Assembly (NCBI GenBank): GCA_039795775.1
Contig: JBDKLC010000005.1
Span: forward strand, 3,654 to 67,653
Length of the DNA stretch: 64,000 nucleotides
Origin: Candidatus Parcubacteria bacterium
GTDB lineage: Bacteria; Patescibacteriota; Minisyncoccia; Phycocordibacterales; CAIZLB01
Direction: 5' to 3'
Shown here: positions 56,006 through 64,000 of the stretch, one piece after another
Numbering within the stretch: the first letter of the stretch is position 1
Layout of the letters: the number at the start of each line of letters is the position of its first letter
Position numbers and translations under genes: made by a program
The notes under the pieces: generated by a model
Seen by the model: the letters and a program-made list of their open reading frames with translations, nothing else
Told to the model about the DNA's origin: nothing
Databases searched by the model: none

Positions 56006-56485
56006 ATGAAATTTATAAAAACATTTTTCTTAGCAGGTATTTCTTTTGGTCTTCTCTTTGGGGTTGTTATGAGTCTCGTATTTGCTGATGCTAACGCTGG
56101 AATGTATTCGGGTGTACTCGGAGGGATATTATTTGGTTTTATAATAAGCTTTTTTGTACACATTCAATCAAAAGCCTTTAGAAAAGTAGACTCCCAGATT
56201 TCGGATCTCGTGTATAGCGGAAGTGCAAATCATTTCGTGAATGCTGAAGCCGTTGGCGGCTGGTTACAACTCACAAAGACCCAGCTTATCTTTACTCCTC
56301 ACGCGATAAATATTCAGAAAGAAGAATTCAGGGTGGATTTAAAGGATGTACTTTCAGTAGAAATTAACAATGCGCTTGGAATAATTCCAAATGGATTAGT
56401 CCTTACTATTGGAGATAAAAAAGAAAAGTTTGTAGTGTTCGGACGGACAACATGGAAGAATAAGATTCTTGAAATGAAAGGATAG
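56006..56485 (+). CDS. Membrane protein with C-terminal bacterial PH/GRAM-like domain (hypothetical)
   Basis: Two N-terminal TM helices. The C-terminal ~90 aa (WLQLTKTQLIFTPH...VLTIGDKKEKFVVFG) is like bPH/YdbT-type domains. Confidence 0.4.
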   Translation: MKFIKTFFLAGISFGLLFGVVMSLVFADANAGMYSGVLGGILFGFIISFFVHIQSKAFRKVDSQISDLVYSGSANHFVNAEAVGGWLQLTKTQLIFTPHAINIQKEEFRVDLKDVLSVEINNALGIIPNGLVLTIGDKKEKFVVFGRTTWKNKILEMKG

Positions 56486-56572
56486 TGAGCGTGGTACAAT
56501 AATAATGAAAGTATGGTGTGTTAATGCACTTTCAGGTAGCTTAAAAATAAATTACTCTCTAAAAATTAATAT

Positions 56573-56980
56573 ATGGAACAAAAAAAATTATATTCAGCAA
56601 AAGAAATTTTGTGGTCAACACTTTTCTTTGGAGTGTTCGCAGGATTATATTTGTTGATGAAAAATTTTCAAGTTTTAGACAACACAAAAAGTGCCACATC
56701 GGTACGAACACTGATTATTGTTGTTGCAGTTCTATTCGGTGTTTATCTAATAGCTCCATTTGAGTTATCTCAATCTATAAGTTCGATAGTTGGAATCGTA
56801 ATTGCATTTAGTCTTTACCAATACACAGTGAAAAATCAAGGTGCGGATATTGCAGCGTATAAAGAAAAACAGCAGATTCACTCAGGTTGGAAAACATTAC
56901 GTGTATCTGTTGTAGCACTAGTATGTACAGTTGTGTATGTATTAGCGCTTGGCTTTGTTCTTTTCCCTCTACTTAGCTAA
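56573..56980 (+). CDS. Hypothetical membrane protein
   Basis: 135 aa with four hydrophobic segments and no motif recognised. Confidence 0.35.
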   Translation: MEQKKLYSAKEILWSTLFFGVFAGLYLLMKNFQVLDNTKSATSVRTLIIVVAVLFGVYLIAPFELSQSISSIVGIVIAFSLYQYTVKNQGADIAAYKEKQQIHSGWKTLRVSVVALVCTVVYVLALGFVLFPLLS

Positions 56981-56986
56981 TTGACC

Positions 56987-57493
56987 ATGAAAATATTTAT
57001 CGCGGCTGACCACGCTGGTTTTGAACTCAAAAAATTCCTTATCCAACATCTCACAAGTGCTGGACATGAACTCATTGACTGCGGGGCACACGAACTCAAA
57101 GACGGGGATGATTATCCGCTTTATATTTCGAAAGCTGCAAAAGACGTATCTCTTGCTGAAGAAGCCTACATTGCGGGAGGTCTTGATGCGCGACATGCAC
57201 ACGATGTTCGAGGAATTGTCATTGGAGGTTCAGGTCAGGGCGAAGCTATTGTTGCAAATAAATTCCCACATGTACGAGCCGCTCTTTACTACGGTGGTCC
57301 AAAAGAAATTATCACACTCTCACGTGAGCACAACGATGCTAACATTCTTTCTCTCGGAGCAAGATTCCTTTCTTCTGAAGAAGCATTTGAAGCTGTTACA
57401 GTATGGCTCGAGACTTCTTTTTCACATGGAGCACGACACGAACGTCGAATCGGTGAAATAGACCAGTATCCAGACGCAGGGCTTTTTAACTAA
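56987..57493 (+). CDS. rpiB: Ribose-5-phosphate isomerase B (RpiB/LacAB family)
   Basis: MKIFIAADHAGFELK...GIVIGGSGQGEAIVANK...ARF. The start is taken at the ATG at 56987. Confidence 0.9.
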   Translation: MKIFIAADHAGFELKKFLIQHLTSAGHELIDCGAHELKDGDDYPLYISKAAKDVSLAEEAYIAGGLDARHAHDVRGIVIGGSGQGEAIVANKFPHVRAALYYGGPKEIITLSREHNDANILSLGARFLSSEEAFEAVTVWLETSFSHGARHERRIGEIDQYPDAGLFN

Positions 57494-57502
57494 AACACAT
57501 AT

Positions 57503-58228
57503 ATGAAAGAAATTATTCCAGCTCTCATGCCAAAGAACTTCTCGAATCTCAAGGAGCTTCTTGAACGTGTAAAACAGCACGTATCAACAGTACAGATAGA
57601 TGTCATGGACGGAAAGTTTGTACAAGCAAAGAGTTGGCCGATGATTCGTGAGAACGATGAAGATTTTATTCGAATTGTAAAACAGGACGAAGGATTTCCG
57701 TATTGGGAAGATGTAAACTTTGAGGCTGACCTTATGGTGACAAATCCTCAGGTAGAGGCTGATCGATGGGCAGCAGCCGGTGCACTTCGAATCATTGTTC
57801 ATTTCCTTTCTGCTCCTCGTGACACTATTATCGCAACACTCAAAGATCTCAAGTCCAAAGGTGTAGAGGCAGGAATTGCGTTTACATACAAAACAACAAT
57901 TGAAGATGTTGTAGCGTTTGTAACTGAGCAACGGGACTCTATCGATTTTGTTCAGCTCATGGGTATCAAAAATATCGGTCACCAAGGTGAACCATTTGAT
58001 GAAACGGTTATAGATCGAGTGAAAACACTTAAAGAAAAATTTTCAGATCTGACAATTACAATTGATGGGGGAGTCAACTACGATACAGCACAAGATCTTC
58101 TTGCGGCTGGAGTAGATCGGCTCGTGTCAGGATCTGCAATTCTTCAGGCAGACTCTCTTGAAGATGCCATTCTTGATTTCAAAGATTTAGTTGAAGGAAA
58201 AGTTGAACATACTGATTCTGCAGAATAA
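57503..58228 (+). CDS. rpe: Ribulose-phosphate 3-epimerase-like (divergent RPE)
   Basis: QIDVMDGKFV is like HVDVMDGHFV. DLMVTNP, TIDGGVN and SGSAI correspond to the RPE TIM-barrel catalytic motifs. Confidence 0.65.
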   Translation: MKEIIPALMPKNFSNLKELLERVKQHVSTVQIDVMDGKFVQAKSWPMIRENDEDFIRIVKQDEGFPYWEDVNFEADLMVTNPQVEADRWAAAGALRIIVHFLSAPRDTIIATLKDLKSKGVEAGIAFTYKTTIEDVVAFVTEQRDSIDFVQLMGIKNIGHQGEPFDETVIDRVKTLKEKFSDLTITIDGGVNYDTAQDLLAAGVDRLVSGSAILQADSLEDAILDFKDLVEGKVEHTDSAE

Positions 58229-58273
58229 AAATAATACAAACAGTGGAATACTTGTTGGTCAAAAAAAACAAAA

Positions 58274-59170
58274 GTGAGTTATAATACGAACGTAATGTCT
58301 CTTACAGAACAAAAAATCTCAGAACTTCAAAAGAAAGCTGCAGAAATTCGTATCTCAATTATAGAGATGCTTGCTGAAGCAAAATCAGGTCACTCTGCCG
58401 GTCCACTCGGTATGGCAGATATTTTTACGTATTTGTATTTTCATGCAATGAAGCATGATCCAAAAAATCCAAGTTGGATTCATCGAGATCGACTTGTTCT
58501 TTCAAATGGACACATCTGTCCTGTGCTCTATGCGGCAATGGCTCATGCTGGATATTTTCCTGTAGAAGAACTCAAAACTCTCCGACAATTTGGTTCACGT
58601 CTTCAGGGTCATCCTCATCGAGAATTTTTGCCTATGCTTGAAACAAGTTCAGGTCCTCTAGGTTCTGGTCTTTCACAGGCTGTTGGAATGGCCCTTTCAG
58701 ACAAGATCGACTATGGTCGCGCAATTCCACGACATGTGTATGCACTCCTTTCTGATGGTGAACACAACGAAGGTCAGATTTGGGAAGCCGGCCTTTTGGC
58801 TTCAAAAGAGAAGCTCGGAAACCTCATTGCTATCATCGACAGAAACAACATCCAGATAGATGGCTATACCGAAGATATCATGCCTCTAGCGCCTTTGTAC
58901 GACAAATGGCGGGCATTTGGATGGCATGTTGTTGAGATAGACGGGCATGATTTTAGAGCTATAGACGAGGCTATTAGTCACGCGCAGGTTATCTTCGGAC
59001 GACCATCTATGATCATTGCCCATACGGTTCCAGGCAAGGGTGTCTCATATATGGAAAATAGATATGAATGGCATGGAGCGCCACCAGGCATTTCAGAAAT
59101 AGCAGGAGCTCCAAAGAAAGAAGAACAAGTGAAGGTCGCCCTCGAAGAGCTTAAGAAAGGTTTAGAATAA
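58274..59170 (+). CDS. tktA: Transketolase, N-terminal (thiamine-diphosphate-binding) subunit
   Basis: SGHSAGPLGMADI...RDRLVLSNGH...LSDGEHNEG is the TPP-binding motif (GDG...NE). Confidence 0.9.
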   Translation: MSYNTNVMSLTEQKISELQKKAAEIRISIIEMLAEAKSGHSAGPLGMADIFTYLYFHAMKHDPKNPSWIHRDRLVLSNGHICPVLYAAMAHAGYFPVEELKTLRQFGSRLQGHPHREFLPMLETSSGPLGSGLSQAVGMALSDKIDYGRAIPRHVYALLSDGEHNEGQIWEAGLLASKEKLGNLIAIIDRNNIQIDGYTEDIMPLAPLYDKWRAFGWHVVEIDGHDFRAIDEAISHAQVIFGRPSMIIAHTVPGKGVSYMENRYEWHGAPPGISEIAGAPKKEEQVKVALEELKKGLE

Positions 59171-59195
59171 TTTTATAAATACTTTAGAACTGATA

Positions 59196-59359
59196 TGGTA
59201 GCCAACTTTAAAGAAATAGTTTTGAACGCTCTTGGTCTCGCACTCATCAATATTGAGATGGATGCTGAACTTTCAGATTCAATCATGGATAAAACTGAAA
59301 AGTGGTTTTGGGCGATTACACTGTTCGTCTTTCTCGGCACAATTTCGTATCTGATATAA
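59196..59359 (+). CDS. Small (54-aa) hypothetical membrane peptide between the split transketolase genes
   Basis: Encodes MVANFKEIVLNALGLALINIEMDAELSDSIMDKTEKWFWAITLFVFLGTISYLI, with a C-terminal TM helix. Supported by the ORF only; coordinates are approximate. Confidence 0.25.
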
Positions 59360-59366
59360 TCAATCT

Positions 59367-60377
59367 ATGTTTAGCACTCATATAAATCCCAATATTTTTG
59401 ATAAAGATGTAAAACAAACTGCAATCCGAGAAGGATTCGGTGAAGGTCTTCTTATTGCAGGAGAACACAATCAGAATGTTGTTGGTTTGTGTGCTGATCT
59501 TACGGAGTCTACAAAGATGCTCCAATTTAAAAATAAATTTCCAAATCGATTTATTGAAATTGGTGTTGCAGAACAAAATCTCGCATCAGTTGCATCAGGT
59601 ATGGCATCAATGGGGAAGCTTCCATTTATTACTTCATACGCTATGTTTAGTCCAGGAAGAAATTGGGAACAGATCCGAACAACTATTTGTTATAACGACC
59701 AGAAAGTTATTATTGCAGGTTCACATGCTGGTATTTCTGTCGGTCCAGATGGCGGTACACACCAAGCAATAGAAGATATAGCAATTACACGTGTCATTCC
59801 GAATATGACCGTCATTTCTCCATGTGATGCAATCGAAGCTCGAAAGGCGACAGTCATGGCTTCAACTGATGCTATCAAGACACCTACATATATTCGACTT
59901 GCTCGAGAAAAAACTCCTAGTATCACGTCGGAAGAAACTCCACTCGAATATGGCAAAGCACAAATTTTCTTTTCATCTGATCTCGCTAAGCTTGGAAAAT
60001 CAAAAGCAGATGTAGCTCTCATCGCAACAGGATCACTTGTATATAAAGCATTGAAGGTTGCACATGAGCTCGATGCAGCAGGTACAGCTGTGATTGTTGT
60101 AAATGTAGCGTTTATCAAACCTCTCGATGAAGAAACTATTGTTGCTGTAGCAAAAGAAGCGGGTGCCGTAGTTACAATAGAAGAACATCAAATTGCTGGT
60201 GGTATGGGAAGTGCAGTAGCAGAATGTCTTGCACAACATCAACCAACTCCTATCGAATTTGTTGGTGTAAAGAATTTGTTTGGACAGTCTGGAACACCAG
60301 ATCAACTCATCGAACACTATGGTATGGGTGAAAAAGATATTACAGCAGCAGTAGAGACAGTGATGAAAAGAAAATAA
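59367..60377 (+). CDS. tktB: Transketolase, C-terminal (pyrimidine-binding plus C-terminal domain) subunit
   Basis: FIEIGVAEQNLASVASGMA...IAGSHAGISVGPDGGTHQ is the transketolase Pyr-domain signature. Confidence 0.9.
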   Translation: MFSTHINPNIFDKDVKQTAIREGFGEGLLIAGEHNQNVVGLCADLTESTKMLQFKNKFPNRFIEIGVAEQNLASVASGMASMGKLPFITSYAMFSPGRNWEQIRTTICYNDQKVIIAGSHAGISVGPDGGTHQAIEDIAITRVIPNMTVISPCDAIEARKATVMASTDAIKTPTYIRLAREKTPSITSEETPLEYGKAQIFFSSDLAKLGKSKADVALIATGSLVYKALKVAHELDAAGTAVIVVNVAFIKPLDEETIVAVAKEAGAVVTIEEHQIAGGMGSAVAECLAQHQPTPIEFVGVKNLFGQSGTPDQLIEHYGMGEKDITAAVETVMKRK

Positions 60378-60446
60378 ATTTTTTCTGAATACAATTTAAA
60401 TGGGTTGTGTCAAACAGAGAAGAGTAGTAGAACTAACAATAAACAT

Positions 60447-60701
60447 ATGACTTCACAAGCATCAGAACAAGAAATACAGCAGGAAATAAAAGTAGGTGGG
60501 ATTTATCAAAGTTCAAAAAACAAAAACTTGTATAAAGTTCTTGCTCTGGCAAAACACAGCGAGACACTCGAAGATCTTGTAATATACGAAGCTCAGTATG
60601 AAAACACACTTTCAAAAGTGTGGGCAAGACCACGGAGTATGTTTTTAGAAATTGTAGAACGTGATGGTGTGAAGCAACCCCGATTCATTCTTGTAGAATA
60701 A
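60447..60701 (+). CDS. DUF1653-domain protein
   Basis: GGIYQSSKNKNLYKVLALAKHSETLEDLVIYEAQYEN...WARPRSMFLE matches the DUF1653 consensus (G.Y.HYKG..Y.V...A.HSET.E..VVY...Y......WVRP..MF). The start is taken at the internal ATG. Confidence 0.6.
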   Translation: MTSQASEQEIQQEIKVGGIYQSSKNKNLYKVLALAKHSETLEDLVIYEAQYENTLSKVWARPRSMFLEIVERDGVKQPRFILVE

Positions 60702-60709
60702 AAAAGTCC

Positions 60710-61201
60710 TCAATTTTGGTCATTTGTCTGAGGAGTTTTCCAAGAATACTCAAGACGTTGTTTGTCTTCTACAAATTGATGATATCGCTCTTCTTCTGTT
60801 TCAAGCATTGTTGAGAGAAGCTCTCTGAGTATGTATTCTTCATTCCAGAGTTCGTCTTCTTTGTCTTCAAGATTTTGGCAGGCTAGTTCAGCTTCAGTGT
60901 GAGCTTCGTATGCTTCATTAATAAGGTGCATTTCTTCTTCTGTATATGTTGGTCCTGGATACTTTATACGAATTCGTTCCACATTTCGCCAACTCGCTCG
61001 TCGTGCTGCTTTCAGTTCTTGTAATGCTGGATGAATCTCATCAAACTCAAAAGAAATTTCAGTGAGTCTCTTGTTTGCTTCAGCAAACTCTTTTATATCG
61101 GGATAGTCAGTTTCAATAAGCGTACCTACTTTTTCACGTAATACATCCTTGAATGCCTGTTCTATATTTGGTGATCGTTCGCTCATGGTATAGAGATACA
61201 A
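60710..61201 (-). CDS. Hypothetical acidic protein
   Basis: 163-aa ORF, Glu-rich, no motif recognised. It is convergent with the DUF1653 gene. Confidence 0.4.
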   Translation of the reverse strand: MYLYTMSERSPNIEQAFKDVLREKVGTLIETDYPDIKEFAEANKRLTEISFEFDEIHPALQELKAARRASWRNVERIRIKYPGPTYTEEEMHLINEAYEAHTEAELACQNLEDKEDELWNEEYILRELLSTMLETEEERYHQFVEDKQRLEYSWKTPQTNDQN

Positions 61202-61210
61202 AATAGGAGA

Positions 61211-62206
61211 TTAGAGAATAGTTACATTCCAATTTTGAGGCGCAGTCTGAAGATAGTGCAGGAGCTGTTCTTTTGTAAGAAGACCCTTTTGAGCACCAAC
61301 TTCTTGGCACACTGACATTGAGTTAATAGAACCCCATTTCATAGCTTCCTCGATAGAGTGGCCAAGAGCTATAGCTGTAGTAAATGTTGATGCGAAAGCA
61401 TCGCCGGCGCCTGTTCGTTCGTAGGGCGGTTTTGGGTCAGGATATGCTGGGAGGAAGAGTACTCGGTCACCATCGAGTGCATATGAGCCTGCAGGTCCGT
61501 CAGTAATAACTGGAATCTGGGGTCCGAGAGCTTTGAGACCAGCGAGCAACACTTTTACATCTCGACTTTTAATTTCGAGAATTCGTTCTGCTTCCTCGAG
61601 GTTACAGAAAAATATTTTTGTTCGTTTGTAGAGTCTGTGAAGAGCTTGTACACCAAATTTGATCTGGAATGTACCTGGTTGGAATACAAGGTTGATATCA
61701 GGATGTGCATCGAAATAGTCTGCAAGGTCTTGATGGAATGAAAGGGTGTGTTCGCCCAAAGAACTCAAATAAAACCATCGTGTAGAACTTATATCTGGAA
61801 TAACATATGGAAATTTTTCGTGTTTGATAAGGATTGTTCGTTCTTGTCCGTACCACAATACAAAGTGATAGTTTGTTGCGAGACCTGGATACTGCTGTAC
61901 AAACTGTGTGTCTACTTTGTTTTTTACGAGTGCATCAATACATTCAGTACCGTGCGCATCTTTCCCAATACTTGTGATGAGGGCAGAATGAAGGCCCAAA
62001 CGAGCAGCCGATACTGCTGCGTTCGCACTGTTTCCTACACCTGCGATTTCTTCAGCAAATTCAAAAGGGATTTTGTCACCAAACGGCATACAAATTTCTC
62101 GTGTGCCAGTAGCTGGGTCATTCACTTCGTGTGCAACTTGCAGTCTGATAAATGCGTCTATGAGTGTGTCGCCGATAGCGACAAATTCTGGTTTATTTGG
62201 ATTCAT
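61211..62206 (-). CDS. PfkB-family carbohydrate/nucleoside kinase (ribokinase-like)
   Basis: The N-terminal GG motif is EIAGVGNSANAAVSAARLG. The C-terminal motif ERTGAGDAF is the PfkB signature (DTxGAGD). Confidence 0.8.
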   Translation of the reverse strand: MNPNKPEFVAIGDTLIDAFIRLQVAHEVNDPATGTREICMPFGDKIPFEFAEEIAGVGNSANAAVSAARLGLHSALITSIGKDAHGTECIDALVKNKVDTQFVQQYPGLATNYHFVLWYGQERTILIKHEKFPYVIPDISSTRWFYLSSLGEHTLSFHQDLADYFDAHPDINLVFQPGTFQIKFGVQALHRLYKRTKIFFCNLEEAERILEIKSRDVKVLLAGLKALGPQIPVITDGPAGSYALDGDRVLFLPAYPDPKPPYERTGAGDAFASTFTTAIALGHSIEEAMKWGSINSMSVCQEVGAQKGLLTKEQLLHYLQTAPQNWNVTIL

Positions 62207-62313
62207 GCTTATTGAGTTTATGGCTAGAATTATATCATTGAATAGCCTCTACCGAAGATATGACATATGAGATGTGTTGGGGACAGTACCGGGAACGTTA
62301 ATATGCTATTATT

Positions 62314-63201
62314 TTGAGTATGAATATGACTTTACGAGAATGTATTGCACAAGCAGTACACAAAAAACGAGCAGTAGGACATTTTAATATTTCAAACCTT
62401 GAGGGTCTTCATGCAATTTTCAATGCTGCAAAGAAACTCAATGTGCCAGTCATTGTCGGAGTATCAGAAGGTGAGCGAGATTTCGTCGGTGTAGAAGAAG
62501 CACGAGCTCTTGTTACAGCTCTTCGTGAAAAACATAAGTTTCCAATTTATCTTAACGCCGATCATACCTATTCATTCGAACGAGTGAAGGAGGCAATTGA
62601 CGCAGGATATGACGCTGTTATTATCGACGGTGCAAAATTACCTTTTGATCAGAATGTCATGATGGCGCAAAAAGCTGTTGCGTATGCAGCAGAAGTAAAG
62701 AAAGCTACAGGACGAGACATTATTGTAGAAGGTGAGCTCGGATATATTGGTACATCTTCAAAAGTTCTCGATAAAATTCCTGAAGGTGTAGGGACTGACC
62801 CTGCGTCACTTACGTCAGCTGAAGATGCAAAGAACTTTGTCCAAAAAACTGGTGTTGATCTCCTCGCACCAGCTGTTGGAAATATTCACGGTATGATCAA
62901 AGATTCACCAAATCCACGACTCAACATCGAACGAATCCGAGAACTCGCACGAAAGTCTGGTGTACCACTTGTACTGCATGGTGCTTCAGGAATTCTCCTT
63001 GATGATCTCAAGCAGGCTGTAGAGGCCGGTGTAGGTATAGTTCACTATAATACCGAGTTACGAGTTGCCTTTAGAGATGGTCTAAAGAAAGCTCTTGCTG
63101 AACACCCAGACGAAGTAGCGCCATACCGAATTCTTCAAGGAAGTATTGATGCGATGCAGGCGGTGATCGAAGAGAAGTTAAAAATTATGAATAATTTATA
63201 G
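62314..63201 (+). CDS. fba: Class II fructose-1,6-bisphosphate aldolase
   Basis: VGHFNISNLEG...YLNADHT...VLHGASG...YNTE are the class II FBA/TBP aldolase metal-binding motifs (DH, HGxSG). Confidence 0.9.
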   Translation: MSMNMTLRECIAQAVHKKRAVGHFNISNLEGLHAIFNAAKKLNVPVIVGVSEGERDFVGVEEARALVTALREKHKFPIYLNADHTYSFERVKEAIDAGYDAVIIDGAKLPFDQNVMMAQKAVAYAAEVKKATGRDIIVEGELGYIGTSSKVLDKIPEGVGTDPASLTSAEDAKNFVQKTGVDLLAPAVGNIHGMIKDSPNPRLNIERIRELARKSGVPLVLHGASGILLDDLKQAVEAGVGIVHYNTELRVAFRDGLKKALAEHPDEVAPYRILQGSIDAMQAVIEEKLKIMNNL

Positions 63202-63230
63202 ATAAGACCAATGTCAACGTTACGAGAGAA

Positions 63231-64000
63231 ATTACAGTCAGTTATAAAAGGGGAAGTAAAGGATGACAAAGCTACGCTTGTTCAATACAGTCGTGATGCC
63301 AGTGTCGTTGAAATCGTTCCTAAGGTAGTTGTATATCCGAAAGATTCGGCGGATATTCAAGCTCTCGTAAAATGGGTTGCTGCGAATAAAGCTGAAGATA
63401 CTGAGCTTTCTCTTACACCTCGATCTGCGGGTACGGACATGTCTGGTGGACCTCTTAACGAATCAATCATCATTGATATCAATAAGTATATGCAGGGGAC
63501 ATTAGAAGTTGGAGAATCTCAAGCTACTGTACTTCCGGGTACATTTTATCGAGACTTCGAAAAAGAAACGATGGCTAAAGGTCTCTTTTTCCCAAGTTAT
63601 CCAGCTTCAAAAAATATTTGTACAGTAGGTGGTATTGTTGCGAACAACTCTGCTGGAGAGAAAACACTGACATACGGTCAGACAAAACAATATGTACGAA
63701 AATTGAAAGTTGTTTTTGCTGATGGTAATGAATATACAGTACAGCCACTTTCATATGATGAGCTTGTTCTCAAAATTGCTCAGCATGATTTCGAAGGAAG
63801 TATTTATGCAAAGGTTTGGAAACTTATTTCAGATAATGCTGCGGAAATTACAGCTGCAAAACCAAAGACTGCAAAAAACAGCGCCGGATATTTCTTGTGG
63901 GATGTTTGGAATCCTGAGACAAAGATTTTTGACCTTACAAAGCTTATTGTTGGCTCACAGGGGACACTTGGTATTGTGACTGAGATCACATTTGATCTTG
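63231..64000 (+). CDS. FAD-binding oxidoreductase (FAD_binding_4/PCMH-type, GlcD/D-lactate dehydrogenase-like), 3'-partial
   Basis: The ORF starts at an ATG at ~63231 and runs off the window end, so it is absent from the ORF track. PRSAGTDMSGGPL...CTVGGIVANNSAG...LIVGSQGTLGIVTEITF is the PCMH-type FAD-binding signature. Confidence 0.75.

Noticed and set aside
1-64000. Alternative genetic code (UGA as Gly, code 25), as used by some CPR lineages
   Set aside because: Long housekeeping ORFs (pyk, secA, gatB, obg, gap, glgA) are full length and end at ordinary stops, including TGA. There are no in-frame TGA-interrupted gene halves. Standard code 11 fits.

Overview
The window is a low-GC (~40%) bacterial chromosome segment that uses the standard code 11, since long housekeeping ORFs end at ordinary stops. 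Genes are densely packed, often overlapping, and often preceded by extended -10 promoters. The gene content fits a reduced-genome, likely episymbiotic Patescibacteria/CPR-like organism. It has fermentative glycolysis and pentose-phosphate enzymes (pyk, gap, fba, pfkB, rpiB, rpe, split tkt), a glycogen cycle (glgA, GH57, glgP), secA, obg, gatB, radC, rsmI and one tRNA-Ile(GAT), but no amino-acid or nucleotide biosynthesis operons. Five things stand out.

- **Giant surface protein pair.** A 2301-aa repeat-rich surface protein is translationally coupled to an upstream FN3-like secreted protein at 1-8.4 kb.
- **Surface-glycan locus.** About 20 kb of glycan genes lie at 16.8-38 kb. They include GT2, GT11 and GT4 glycosyltransferases, DegT, RmlC, methyltransferases, Wzx, and a Wzy-like ligase fused to TPR repeats.
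- **Polyprenyl-phospho-pentose module.** Inside the glycan locus is a five-gene module: a UbiA-family DPPR-synthase-like prenyltransferase, an SDR epimerase, an ArnT-like GT-C, an ArnE-like flippase and a HAD phosphatase.
- **High-GC islands.** Two segments of about 58-62% GC sit in the ~40% GC background at 30.7-31.15 kb and 44.9-46.05 kb; the second encodes an orphan PurM-like protein. A third, mildly GC-elevated ORF is paired with a gene remnant at 53.85-54.85 kb. Each ends in a GC-rich terminator.
- **Orphan T4SS coupling-protein-like ATPase.** It carries a ~370-aa RD/G- and Q/T/P-rich disordered tail.

No CRISPR array, rRNA gene or recognisable transposase is present. Coordinates I derived by hand (tRNA, terminators, small ORFs) may be off by 1-2 nt.
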